Assembly: GCF_036321535.1 (NCBI RefSeq)
Contig: NC_087437.1
Span: forward strand, 47,866,001-47,930,000
Length of the DNA stretch: 64,000 nucleotides
Direction: 5' to 3'
Source: Camelus dromedarius
Taxonomy: Eukaryota
Every line of letters begins with the position of its first letter. Positions within the stretch are counted from its first letter, which is position 1. The notes under the pieces are model-generated. The model was given only the letters and a program-made list of their open reading frames with translations. It was not told the DNA's origin and did no database searches. Made by a program: the position numbers and the translations under genes. Below are positions 13,781 through 25,122 of this stretch, one piece after another.

Positions 13781-15953
13781 ATGGGGGCATCCCCTCTCTT
13801 TTACATCACGTCCCATTAGTGACCAGGTTCCGGCTTGTCCTCCTCTCTCCTTCTCCACTGCTGGGGCTCAGGCCCTCATCATCCCTTGCCTGGACTCTGG
13901 CGGAACCCCGTTAACTGACCCCCTTGCCTCCCTCCTCCCTGTCACTTTGCACTCTCATTGTTTCTCTAAAGCATGGGTCTTAACATATCATTTCCCTGCC
14001 TAGAAATTTTCGAAATTTCCAGCTTTCCTTGCTAGGTTGTCCCTTGGCACCTGCCCTCTGGCCCCATTCCCTTTGGCCTGAAGGACTTTATGTTCTGCAT
14101 GTGCTCCGTGCTTTCTCTGCCCTACGCGTTGGCCCGTGCTCTTCCCTTGGCCTGGAATGCCTTCTCCCAACCCCTCACCACCTGGGAAACCCACCCATCC
14201 CTAAAAACCAGCTCAGGTGTTCTCATGGGGTCCTTTCCCCCAACCCCCCAAGCTGGGTTAGAGACTTATTTTCCTGTGCTTTCAAAGCACTCTGTAGATC
14301 TCTATCATGGTTGGAATACTGATTGTTGAAGACACAGAAGGTGTTACAGAATCAAAGAGAAAAGAGTTGAGGACTGAAAACTGTGCCATTTGTGAACCTA
14401 GTAAGGCTGCATCTTTCCTATTTTTTTTTCTATTTTTTAAAAACCATGAACATATGCTTTGGAATAAAAAATGTTATTGAAAATAACCACTGCCATATTT
14501 TCATTTTATCATATTGTCTGGAAAGTCGTAAGCTTGACCCTTGACAAGCTGGGGAAAAGTGTCTTGGGTACTTGTCTGTGTGTTTTGTAGACGGTGATTC
14601 TAGATGCCCCGGGGTCTTGGTAGACATGCTCACATGTACCGCTCCTCAGGGAGATGACAAGAGAGCTGGTCTCCGTGGACGTGGCCCAGGCCTCTGTGCC
14701 ACCACTGTTCACATTCAGCGTTACAGGGGGTCAGCCCAGGACTCCCCTTGTCCCCACGTGCAGGGCAGGTGTGAACAGGAGCACCTAGTTTCGAGCTGGA
14801 ACAGTAGGACAACGCAATAATGACGAGAATTTAATGAAGCTGAACATGCTTCTAGATCAGAGATGTTGCTTGAGGGGCAGAATAGTATGTGCTTCCTGTG
14901 ATAAGATTAGAAATAAAACCTTTGTTTTGCGGTAAGTAGCAAGTACTGATACTTATTTAGAGCCTACTAGGTACACAGGACTGCGCTCTGTGTGATAGGG
15001 GGTCGGGAGGTGTGAGTATTTAGGAGAGAAACAGAGGCCCCAGGAGAGGAGAGTATGATGGGAGTCTTTCTATCACGGTGGAGTGTGAGCACCGATTTTG
15101 CGTGTCTGTAATGAGGCAAAGCCTATACTAGGTATTTTTATATACATCATCTCATTTAATTACAGTAGTAACTGGCTAATAAATTATAGTTACCATTGTT
15201 GTCCCATTTTACAGAAGAGAAAACTGAGAGTCAGGGAGATTAGGTAGCTTGTCCAAACACTGGTTCCTGACAGAGATGGAACGTAAGCCCTGACATGTCA
15301 TGAGGTTGGACCCTGAAGCAGTTACAGGATATTTAAGTTTTAAACAGTATGGCTCTTGTAATGTGTGAGTGGAGCTTTCAGGCACAGGAATAATCAGTAA
15401 AATCTAGAAGTTACTGGTATGGACAACTGGATGGGGTCTGAAGAGGTGGCATTTTGGGGGAGGGAGAGGACGAAGGCATGGAGGTGGGACCAAGCCCTGC
15501 ATGTATGTGAGAGACTTAACTGGCTTCTGGAAGAGAGGATTGCTGGGGAGATTGAAAAGCAAGGCTGAGACCTCTGTGGGTTATAAAGGAGATTGTCTTG
15601 ATCAGGTTAAACCAGAAGGGCTGGCCAGTTAGGATCAAGAGAACAGCGTGAGGCAGTGGTTATGTGGTGCCTCTGTTCTGGGAATGGAATGAGGAGTAGG
15701 TTTGGATGTGGGGAGACCTTAGGAATTCAGCTAGGAATCTCCTGTAATATTGGTGGGGGGTGCTTTCATGAGAGTGATGGCAGTGGGGATAGAGGTGGGG
15801 TGGAGGGACTAACCTCAGTGGAGATTCTGATGAAAGATAGGGCCCAACTTAGTGACGGAGTCGCTTAGTGCAGTGGGTGAAGGCGTGGGAGGAGTTAAAG
15901 ATGACTTCATGGCTGGCACCTTGGGAGATGGAGCCTGTCAAGGACACAGATGA

Positions 15954-16111
15954 GCAGGGTGGCGGGTATAGCTCAGTGGTAGAGTGCTTGCTTAGTTAGC
16001 CTGCATGAGGTCCCAGGTTCAATCCCCAGTACCTCCATTAGAAACAAACAAACAAACAAACAAACAAATCTAATTACCCCCCCCCCCAAAACCAACCAAC
16101 CAACCAAACAA
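15954..16111 (+). mobile_element. tRNA-derived SINE (Vic-1-like)
   Basis: A box TAGCTCAGTGG, B box GGTTCAATCCC, (CAAA)n/C-run/(CCAA)n tail; perfect 14-bp TSD AAGGACACAGATGA at 15940-15953 and 16112-16125. Confidence 0.9.
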
Positions 16112-18099
16112 AAGGACACAGATGAAGATGGTGAAATGGTCAGGTGTGAGTGGGCAAGTATTGCATGCCCGTGTGGAAAATGTGGGACTGGCACGGAGCT
16201 CAGGGGTCAGGGTTCAGACTGCAGAATCTGGCAGTCCTTAGTTTAGAGACCCTGGATTTGTGAGTAGCAATTCCTTTTGAAGGGCCCCAGGGCTCCACCT
16301 CTTTGCCCCTGGGATCTTCCCCCAGGTTATGGGGGAAGCAGTGACTGGCATAGGCCTCTTGCCCGTCCACTGATTAGCCATGTTCCAGAGACACTCAGAC
16401 TGGAGCCTGGGGCAGTGCTTCCAGCGCGTTGGTGTGGCCTCTCTCTCCAGACCCCCAGGCAGCTGAGCAGGACCACTGACAGATATGGTTGAGTGGCTGA
16501 AGCGGATGAGGGTGGGCACGCTGAGGAGGCCGCCGAACCCTGTAGCTACTTTACCAGCATCTCGGAGCGCAGCTTGGTGGGTCCTTGCCCCTGTGGTTGT
16601 CAGGAAGCTATCAGCTGAGAATGGCCACCTCCAAGGACTCCAGCTGTCCTTTCGAGTCTGTGGAGGGGAGCCGGCAGGGCCTGCTGAAGCTTCTTCCCTC
16701 CCTTGCAGAAAAGCCTGGCAGGGCACCTGGTATAGGCTACTAACTTGAGCAGGGTGGCTCTCCTTTGCCTGCCCCTTTTGCTTTCCTGGAATGAAAGAGC
16801 CTTGAAAAAAAAGAAGAAACTGCTCTTTTCCCCAAGACGGCGTGTGCTTGCTGACAGCCGCCCACCTGGCACCTGCCACCAAAATGGCATCTGCTTCTCA
16901 GTTGCACTTGGTAGCATGTGGGGGACCAGACTGGCCTAGGTTCAAATCTGCCCCGCTTCTTATTACTTAATAGCAACATGACTTCAGCAAGTGCCTTAGT
17001 TTTACTGAACTTCTCTGAGCCTTGGTTTTCCCTTCTGTAGGACCTCCCTTGCACGGTTGTTGTAATCACGGCTGCACATGAAATGTTACTTGTTGAGCTC
17101 CATCTCTTTAGTGAGATGCAGAAGAGGGGTCCCTCTAAGAAGGTGAAATGGGATTTAGGGGGTTTGGGGATTACCATAAAGGGACGTCTTGTACTTGGTA
17201 ATTCTTTGTGAGGCTCTGTCCTAGAGCGAGAGCTTTGTGTTTGCTGGCCTCCTTGTGGGGAACTCTGTTCAGGGCTATTATTCAGACTCAAGTTCAGTAC
17301 ATGCTGATGGGCTTTTATGGGTTAGCTTGGAAACCTAATCCTCGTGTTGAATGCAGTTTATCAGGGGAAATGCATCCTGAAGAAAATCATCTCTTTTTAA
17401 AAATAATAAGAAATGTCTATAAAAGGTTTTTACCTTTGACAAGGTGGTTTCACACTTTTTGTTTTTTTAGATGTAAGTTGGGAATGACTTAGCTGTATTA
17501 TAGCTTCAATTTAGCATTGCTGAAGATGCTCACCTTAGTGTCTTCATCCTCTGATGATTTTTATTTTGCCCATTTGTCCTGTGAGCATCGTAGTCGCTGC
17601 TCCTGGTGCCCCGCCTGAACCCTTCCCAGCTGCTCAGGTGACAGCATCCTCATTGCTCCAAATACCCAGAGCAAGGATTTAGTTTTGTTTTTTTTTTAAG
17701 GATTTAGTTTTCTACTCAGGAAAAAAGTTAATAAATGATGCCTCAGTGGAACAATACATTTATAATGTGTCAAAAGCTGCTCGGACTGTGCCTTTAGCCA
17801 TGCAGCTCCGAGGTGTAGGAGTTCTCTGCAGAGAGAATAGGAGTTCTTCCAGCAAACTGGAAGAATCATTACTGCATTGACATTTCTATTTTTCCTTAAC
17901 ATTTCGTGGCCACAAGCATGATTTATCAATGTTGAGCTATCTCTTGGGATTATATGCATTTTTTTTCCTACTTAGCTAATAGGGACAAATTTATTTCAGT
18001 GTATTTGCTGTTGAAAACAAGTTTTTGCATTTTGCAACTACTGTATTCTGGTAGTTCTGTTCTACTAGTGAACTGTTTGAGTCTTTTCCTCATGATCAT

Positions 18100-19430
18100 G
18101 ATTTTTTTTTTTTTTTTTTTGAGTAAAGATAGACTTATTTAGAGAGATACATACTACATAGAGTGCAGGCTGTTTCAGAAGGTGAGAGAAAGGCCACGAG
18201 GTGTGGGGGTGGGTGCTCAGGTTAAAGTAAAAGTAGATACACATTCCATAGACAGAGTGTGGACCTTCTCTGAAGATGAGGGAGCAAGAGAGGCCTTCAG
18301 GGCGGTGTTGCTAGTTTTTATGGGCTTGCTAACTTCAAATGCTAACAAGTGGGAAGATTATTCCAACTACTTCAGGGAAGGGGTTGGGATTCCCAGGAGT
18401 TGGGCCACCACCCACTCTGACGTTTTTGGTCAGCCTTGAAGCTGTCATGGTGCCTGTGGGAGTGTCATTTACCATGTTAATGTTACAATGAACATATAAT
18501 GAAGCTCAAGGTCTACTGGAAGTTGAATCTCCCTCCATCTTGGGCCTCAAGGCCTACTAGGGGGTTGAATTTTCCACCATTTTGGTGTTAATTGCTACAT
18601 TATTCCTTGAATGCCTGTGCCCTGCCCCCTTCCTTCCTGTCTCATTCCCCCCTCAGAGATTTTACTCCCATAATCTTTTGGGGGTGCAGAGGGGCGACTG
18701 TCTGTCTTCCAAAACTACTTCTGGGCTGAGTAGGGACATGGACCCTCCCTATCAGGGAGTAAAAATCTCTGAACACCTAATCTAGGGGCCCCAGGTGCAT
18801 GACAGTCTTTTGTTTTTGCATCAGAGGGTGGTATGGGCTGGAATCCTTGCATAGCCGTCTTCTGATGTGGGACTGTTGTAACCTGGAAGACACAAACTTT
18901 ACCAAGAGGTTAAAGATAAAAAGTTTAAAGAGGAAGAGTAGGATTATGACTATTAACTGTAAACGAGACCAAATGTCTTAATGCACAGGTTTCCCCCTGC
19001 CACGTATTATCGATGTAAAGAGAAGTACACTGGGGTACACTTGTCTTTGGGCCCTCATTTTGAGGAGTGCCACATACCCAGATATATCCTGAAGGTGCAA
19101 TAAGAGATTTGAGAGCAGATGAATTTTAACAAGGAAGCAGTCATCTGGATCCATGGAAGAGATAAATTATGAACATAGTGTGGGGACAAAGATCTATTAG
19201 TATAGTTAAGTCCCGTAGTATTTTATGTTCTTGGCTTAGATGAGATGGTGGTGTAAATGATTTTTACCCACTGTTTCCATGGACTTCCAATGAATTTTTT
19301 TAAAGATGAAGCACCTTTGTAACATCAGTTTAACTGTCCATAAATGGCAAGACTTAAAAAGACATGGTTAAACACCTGTAATTGATAAAGAGACTTGTTT
19401 ACAGTTACTAGAATTATGACTGATTATATA
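18100..19430 (-). mobile_element. ERV1-class fragment: internal/env remnant, PPT, 3' LTR U3-R, poly(A)
   Basis: Minus strand near 18980-18850 reads LIVIILLFLFKLFIFNLLVKFVSSRLQQ (gamma-type env TM/cytoplasmic tail); purine tract GAGGGGGGAA at 18654-18645; LTR starts TG at 18644 and ends in a T-run at about 18102-18120. Confidence 0.8.
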
Positions 19431-19433
19431 TGA

Positions 19434-19552
19434 TTTTTGGCGGGGCAGGGGGAGTTAATTAGGTTTCTTCAAATTTTTTTTTTAATAGAGGTACCAGGAC
19501 CTTGCGCATACTAAGCATGTGCTCTACCACTTGAACTATACCTTTCCCCCCT
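19434..19552 (-). mobile_element. tRNA-derived SINE (Vic-1-like) lacking the B box
   Basis: ctaagcatgtgctctaccacttgaactatacc and taattaggttt are shared with the other copies; the GGATTGAACC segment is absent. Confidence 0.8.
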
Positions 19553-20106
19553 CGTATTTTTTTGATAGTGCTTTTTCTCCATCATATTTCCCTTTTCTGT
19601 GGGTTGAATGCTTGCTGCACTTGATCTGAAACGTTGTTTTACTTTATTGTACTTTTGCTTGCCATCTGCGTGTACTTAAATTTTGTATTTTAAAACTGTG
19701 GTCTGTTTGTTTTGCTCTAGAAGCCAGATTGTACTGGGAATCTGTGCTCTGGTCATTGGAATATTCATATGTGCCGCTCAGATACGGAAGTTACCGGGAG
19801 GCTGAATTAATAGGCAGATGGTTGCTTGATGAAAGCAAGAGTTAAGCAGAGAGAGATGGGTAGTCTTATGAAGTAATGAGTCAAAACAGGGAGGAGTTGA
19901 CCTCGATTCCTCCCATTTTCACACACCTCTACATCAGTTCTGTTTTCGATGCTGAAGGGCTGTATCCTAAAGTTATATCCTGAGTCTGCCCCAGTTTCCC
20001 CATGTCTACCACGAGCCCCTCCCTTCTTCCTTCTGCCGCGCCCACAGGCTGAGCCACCATCTTGCCCTGGGTAGACAGGGCTGTTCGTATGGAACCATGG
20101 GGTGCA

Positions 20107-20258
20107 CTGTCCAATATGGTAACCCCCAGCCAAGTGTGACTATTGAACACTTGAAATGTGGCCAGTGCGGTCAAGAAACTGAATTTTTTATTTAACCTAA
20201 TTTAAATTAATTTAGATTGAAATATGCACATGTGGCTAGTGGCCACTGTATTGGACAG
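20107..20258. mobile_element. MER3-like hAT MITE
   Basis: Inverted ends CTGTCCAATA (20107-20116) / TATTGGACAG (20249-20258) with internal cacttgaaatgtggc...cacatgtggctagtggc. Confidence 0.75.
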
Positions 20259-21408
20259 CCCTGGTCCAGACTATACAGTAGCCTTGTGACCATGTGTTCT
20301 TTGGATCCTCTCCCCGTACACAGTGATCTTTAAAAATGTAGATCAGGTTGTGGCGCTTCTGACTTGGGAACCCTCCCATGGTTTTTGTATCCTGTTCCTC
20401 TCGTGCCCGTGAGGCTGACTCTGCTGGCCTCTGCGGACCTCTCCTCACGGCCCCTTGACTCCAGCACCCTGACTTTCTTTCGGTTCTTTGAGGGCATAGC
20501 CAAGCTTTTCTTGGAGCTGTGGCCTCTGCACGTGCTTTTCCATCTAGAGAGGGCGCTCTTCCCACTGTGCTTGCCTGGCCCCTCATCCTGAGGTCTCTCC
20601 CTCCCAGACACCCACCCCCACCCCATGCCCCATCCCCACCGTGCTGTGTCAAGACCCCAGCTCTCCTGTCTCCATCCTCAGGCTCCTCTATCACTCTTCT
20701 TTCTGCTGGAAATTGTCTTGTATGTCTCCTTCTGTTTATTTTCTCTCTCTCCTAGCTAGGATGTAAATGTTATCAGGACAGCAGGCCTGCTTGTCTCTCT
20801 GCTGAGTAAACTCCTCCTGCCCCATATCTCCACCCGCCCCCCACTTCTCTTGCCCTCGGAGAAGACATCACAGCCTCATTCTCTCTCACAACTTCTTTTC
20901 CAGACTCCGCACAGACCATCCCCTTTTGTAAACTTGGATGGCATCCAACTGGAGTACGGTGTCCTTGATTAGTTTCATTTTTCTCAGCTGTAATCACATT
21001 CTTGTCTGCCTCCCACATCACCTCTCTTTTACTTGTGTGTTCCCGCGTTTCCTTGGCTACTCATTTCTAGATGATCTCTTAGTTATTTCAAACCGCACTT
21101 TTACTTTGAGTAGCGAGAATATACAGCCCCTTAAAGCTGTGAAGTTGGGTTGCAAAAGCCTAAGGAAAGCTTAGTTTAAGAAAAGGGGACATTTGAACGA
21201 ATGCCTACTCTAGTCCATGCACATTTTTTGATTCTAAATATTTTCAGTTAAGAAAAATATTGTTTTTATTATTAAAAAGTAAGTGAATCCATGTTCCTGA
21301 AAAATAAATTAGACAATGCCAAAAGATTATGTGAAGAAAAAAAATCCCACATTTCTCTGTGCTGGTATGACATCCTGTGCCACGAAGCGTGTGTGCCGTG
21401 TATATTAC

Positions 21409-21433
21409 AACACACACACACACACACACACAC
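21409..21433. repeat. (CA)n microsatellite
   Basis: About 11-12 CA units read directly. Confidence 0.95.
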
Positions 21434-23973
21434 TTCTGTTACTTCCTTTCTTCACCCAAGAATACCATGTACGGCTTTTCCTATCAGTAAATACTCAACT
21501 CAAGTCAGTTTTTAATGGCTGAAGAGGGTTACGTTTCATGGATGTACCATGAATTACTAAGCAGATGTGTTCTTTAGCATGCTGGTTATTTCTTTTCACC
21601 ATTACAAACAGTTTAGTTCATTTCTTTTCTTTAAATAATCAACGTTCTAGAAAATACTGTGTTCTTGTCCTTTTTGTCTCCCTGGTGCACAAATGTGAGT
21701 CAGTCTTAGCTCGTGTTAGTAGGTAATTTGTCCTGGACGAGGATTTGCTGTGACTCTGTCTCCCTACATCATGTTTCTCTTTGAGGCAATGACCGCTTGT
21801 TTTCCACACGGTCCTGTAGTTACACAAACAAGTGTTACGTGGCGACGCTCCTTCCTGAGTGCGTGGCGGCACAGGCTCACTCTCCCTTCCTGTCCTCCAG
21901 CGGGGGCTGGTCTCCAAGAACACACCAGCGTAAACGAAGTTCTTTGAACACCTACCGATTGACAATGTGGTGTATTTTTATTTAAAGTGACTATTCACTT
22001 GCCCTTCTGAAACATGTTATAACCTTGACCTTTATATTTGCCACTGTTTTGATTCTTTAAATGGCAGGCAGTGTACAAAGAGGTGACTTTGTCCTTGATG
22101 TTATTTCTAAATCGTACGCAGGGTCCTACAACATAAAGCAATAAATGAATGGCTCTGTAGCGCTCGTATCTATATTCAGATGCACTGAAGAGCGAGTTTA
22201 AACAATGCAGGGGCTTCTGACGCTGCTCTTCTCTCTTAGGGTTTGATGGTGGGGTGGGAGTGGTCGTCAGAGGAAATCATTATAGAGCCTTGGAGGTGCC
22301 CTGTGTGGTATTTCTTGACTTCCTTGTAATTTCAGGTTTCTAAATCAAGTCTTGCCTCTTGGTCAAGTTTCTGCTCAATGCATCCTGTAAATGATAATTA
22401 GAATCTTACTTAGCTAAGAGCATGCAGAGAAGCACACATCGGCTATTCTGGGCTGGGGACCTCTGGAAGCAGGAGCCAGATGGGGTCCAAGGTGGGATGG
22501 GGTGTGGAGATGGCACCACTGTCCTAAAGACCCGTGTGAGGCTGGCCTGATTCTGGAAGGCAGGAGTTCTGGTGTCGTGCTGCTTAGAGCCTGACTTTAG
22601 CCAAACGCACCTGAGAAGCTAGTATTCCTGCTGGTGCCTCAGGCTGTTTCTCTGTGCGTGGCCATCGGTTTTCTTTTGATGAACCCCATTGTTTGGTTAT
22701 GACAAAGACTTGAAGTGGAGCCTGTGCTGCGAAGTATTTTAAATCCAGATCAGAAGGGCACTGAGGACCAGTTTGAGAGACTAAACTATGTAAATGAATC
22801 ACAAATAACTATGTAAAACTTACCATTCCTTCCATAAATGTTTGTTCAGTCCTGCGCTGTGCTGCTCAGGTACTGGTTTTGCAGTTCAGTGATGAGTGTG
22901 ATTTTCCTGCCCTCAAGGAGCCAAGGGATGCGTGGTTCAGCTTCTGAATGTAGTGGCCCCCAGTGAAGGAAGCATGGGTTTCTCACAGCTACAGATTTTA
23001 TTGAGCAATATGCTAATCACTGTGAAATGAAAGTGGATATGGGGTTAAGGACTGTCAGCACAGGGGACCGAGCAGAGGGATATGGGAATTGGTCATGGGC
23101 AGAGGCTGGCAGAGTGGACAGGTGGACGGGTGTGGGACCTGGGGAGCATCTGCAAATGCGCAGACGGTGGTATGTGCAGCCAGTTTTGATGTGGGCTGCT
23201 CTGACGGCTTAAGGCCCTGCCTGGTGTCCCCAAAGGTCCTTGAAGGGATACTTTCTTGGCAGTGAGACACTCAGAGTTGGACAGTTCACCCAGCTCTAGA
23301 CCAGTGCTCCTGGAAGTGTGGTCAGCTGACTGGTGCCAAGAGATAAGTACAAACTTTGAGAGTAAGTGTTTAGAAATTTCTATGGCAACTTGACATTGCA
23401 GCCACATCCAGGCGCAGGAGCAGATTAGTTTGTTTGAACAGGATGTAGATCCATATGGGTTTTGTGTTGCTTACATGTATAACTTCACACCTGGCTGGAG
23501 AACTAGCTACGTGCAGCGGGACCACATATCTTTCCTTAATGAATAGAAGTGAAATGAAACACATAACAAAACCAAACCTGGTCCTTCAGGAGGACTTGGT
23601 AGTTTGAGAAACGCCACTCTAGATCAAGCACGAAGGTAATGGGAGGTGAGGCTGAGGGCCCCCAAGTCAAGAACTTAAGTAAATATAAAACCATTGATCT
23701 GTTCCAGTTTTATCTCAGGTTTTCTTCAGTATACAACTTCCCTTCCCCTCTTCCTCTTCTTTCTTGTCATTGGCATGTGTCTTTTTTTCATGAACTTTAT
23801 TTTTCTATGCACATTCTACACAGCTCTATACATATTATCTACACACATTACACTCAAGTCATAAATTTGTCATTTTAAATGATGTTACAGTATTTTGTTG
23901 TGTCATATATTCTTAGCTCCTCTATTTGGGGCCTTTGCTACTTTTTCCAATTATTAATAGTTTATCTGTGAAT

Positions 23974-25122
23974 TTTTTTTAACATTTTTTATTGATTTAT
24001 AATCATTTTACAATGTTGTGTCAAATTCCAGTGTTCAGCACAATTTTTCAGTTATTCATGGACATATACACACTCATTGTCACATTTTTTTCTCTGTGAG
24101 TTATCATAACATTTTGTGTATATTTCCCTGTGCTATACAGTGTAGTCTATTCTACAATTTTGAAATCCCAGTCTATCCCTTCCCACCCTCCATCCCCCTG
24201 GTAACCACAAGTCTGTATTCTCTGTCTGTGAGTCTATTTCTGTCCTTTATTTACGCTTTGTTTTTGTTTGTTTGTTTGTTTTTGTTTTTTAGATTCCACA
24301 TATGAGCGATCTCATATGGTATTTTTCTTTCTCTTTCTGGCTTACTTCACTTAGAATGACATTCTCCAGGAGCATCCATGTTGCTGCAAATGGCATTATG
24401 CTGTCGGTTTTTATGGCTGAGTAGTATTCCATTGTATAAATATACCACTTCTGCTTTATCCAGTCACCTGTTGATGGACATTTAGGCTGTTTCCATGTTT
24501 TGGCTATTGTAAATAGTGCTGCTATGAACATTGGGGTGCAGGTGTCATCCTGAAGTAGATTTCCTTCTGGATACAAGCCCAGGAGTGGGATTCCTGGGTC
24601 ATATGGTAAGCCTGTTCCTAGTCTTTTGAGGAATCTCCACACTGTTTTCCATAGTGGCTGCACCAAACTGCATTCCCACCAGCAGTGTAGGAGGGTTCCC
24701 CTTTCTCCACAGCCTCTCCGGCATTTGTCATTTGTGGATTTTTGAATGACGGCCATTCTGACTGGTGTGAGGTGATACCTCATTGTAGTTTTGATTTGCA
24801 TTTCTCTGATAATTAGTGATATTGAGCATTTTTTCATGTGCTTTTTGATCATTTGTATGTCTTCCTTGGAGAATTGCTTGTTTAGGTCTTCTGCCCATTT
24901 TTGGATTGGGTTGTTTATTTTTTTCTTATTGAGTTGTATGAGCTGCTTATATATTCTGGAGATCAAGCCTTTGTCGGTTTCACTTGCAAAAATTTTCTCC
25001 CATTCCGTAGGTTTTCTTCTTGTTTTATTTCTGGTTTCCTTTGCTGTGCAGAAGCTTGTAAGTTTCATTAGGTCCCATTTGTTTATTCTTGCTTTTATTT
25101 CTTCTAGGAGAAAATTTTTTAA
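23974..25122 (-). mobile_element. Young 5'-truncated L1 with open ORF2 C-terminus
   Basis: ORF 24289..25068 (259 aa) is an uninterrupted L1 ORF2p C-terminus with the CCHC knuckle CRRGC...HCWWEC; TSD TATCTGTGAAT at 23963-23973 and 25123-25133. Confidence 0.93.

Noticed and set aside
15961..16035. tRNA-like sequence with A and B boxes
   Set aside because: It has a repeat tail, a TSD and three relatives in the window, so it is a SINE and not a tRNA gene.
16238..17291. 214-aa and 183-aa minus-strand ORFs
   Set aside because: No recognisable homology; GC-rich intron sequence partly overlapping a MIR-like repeat.
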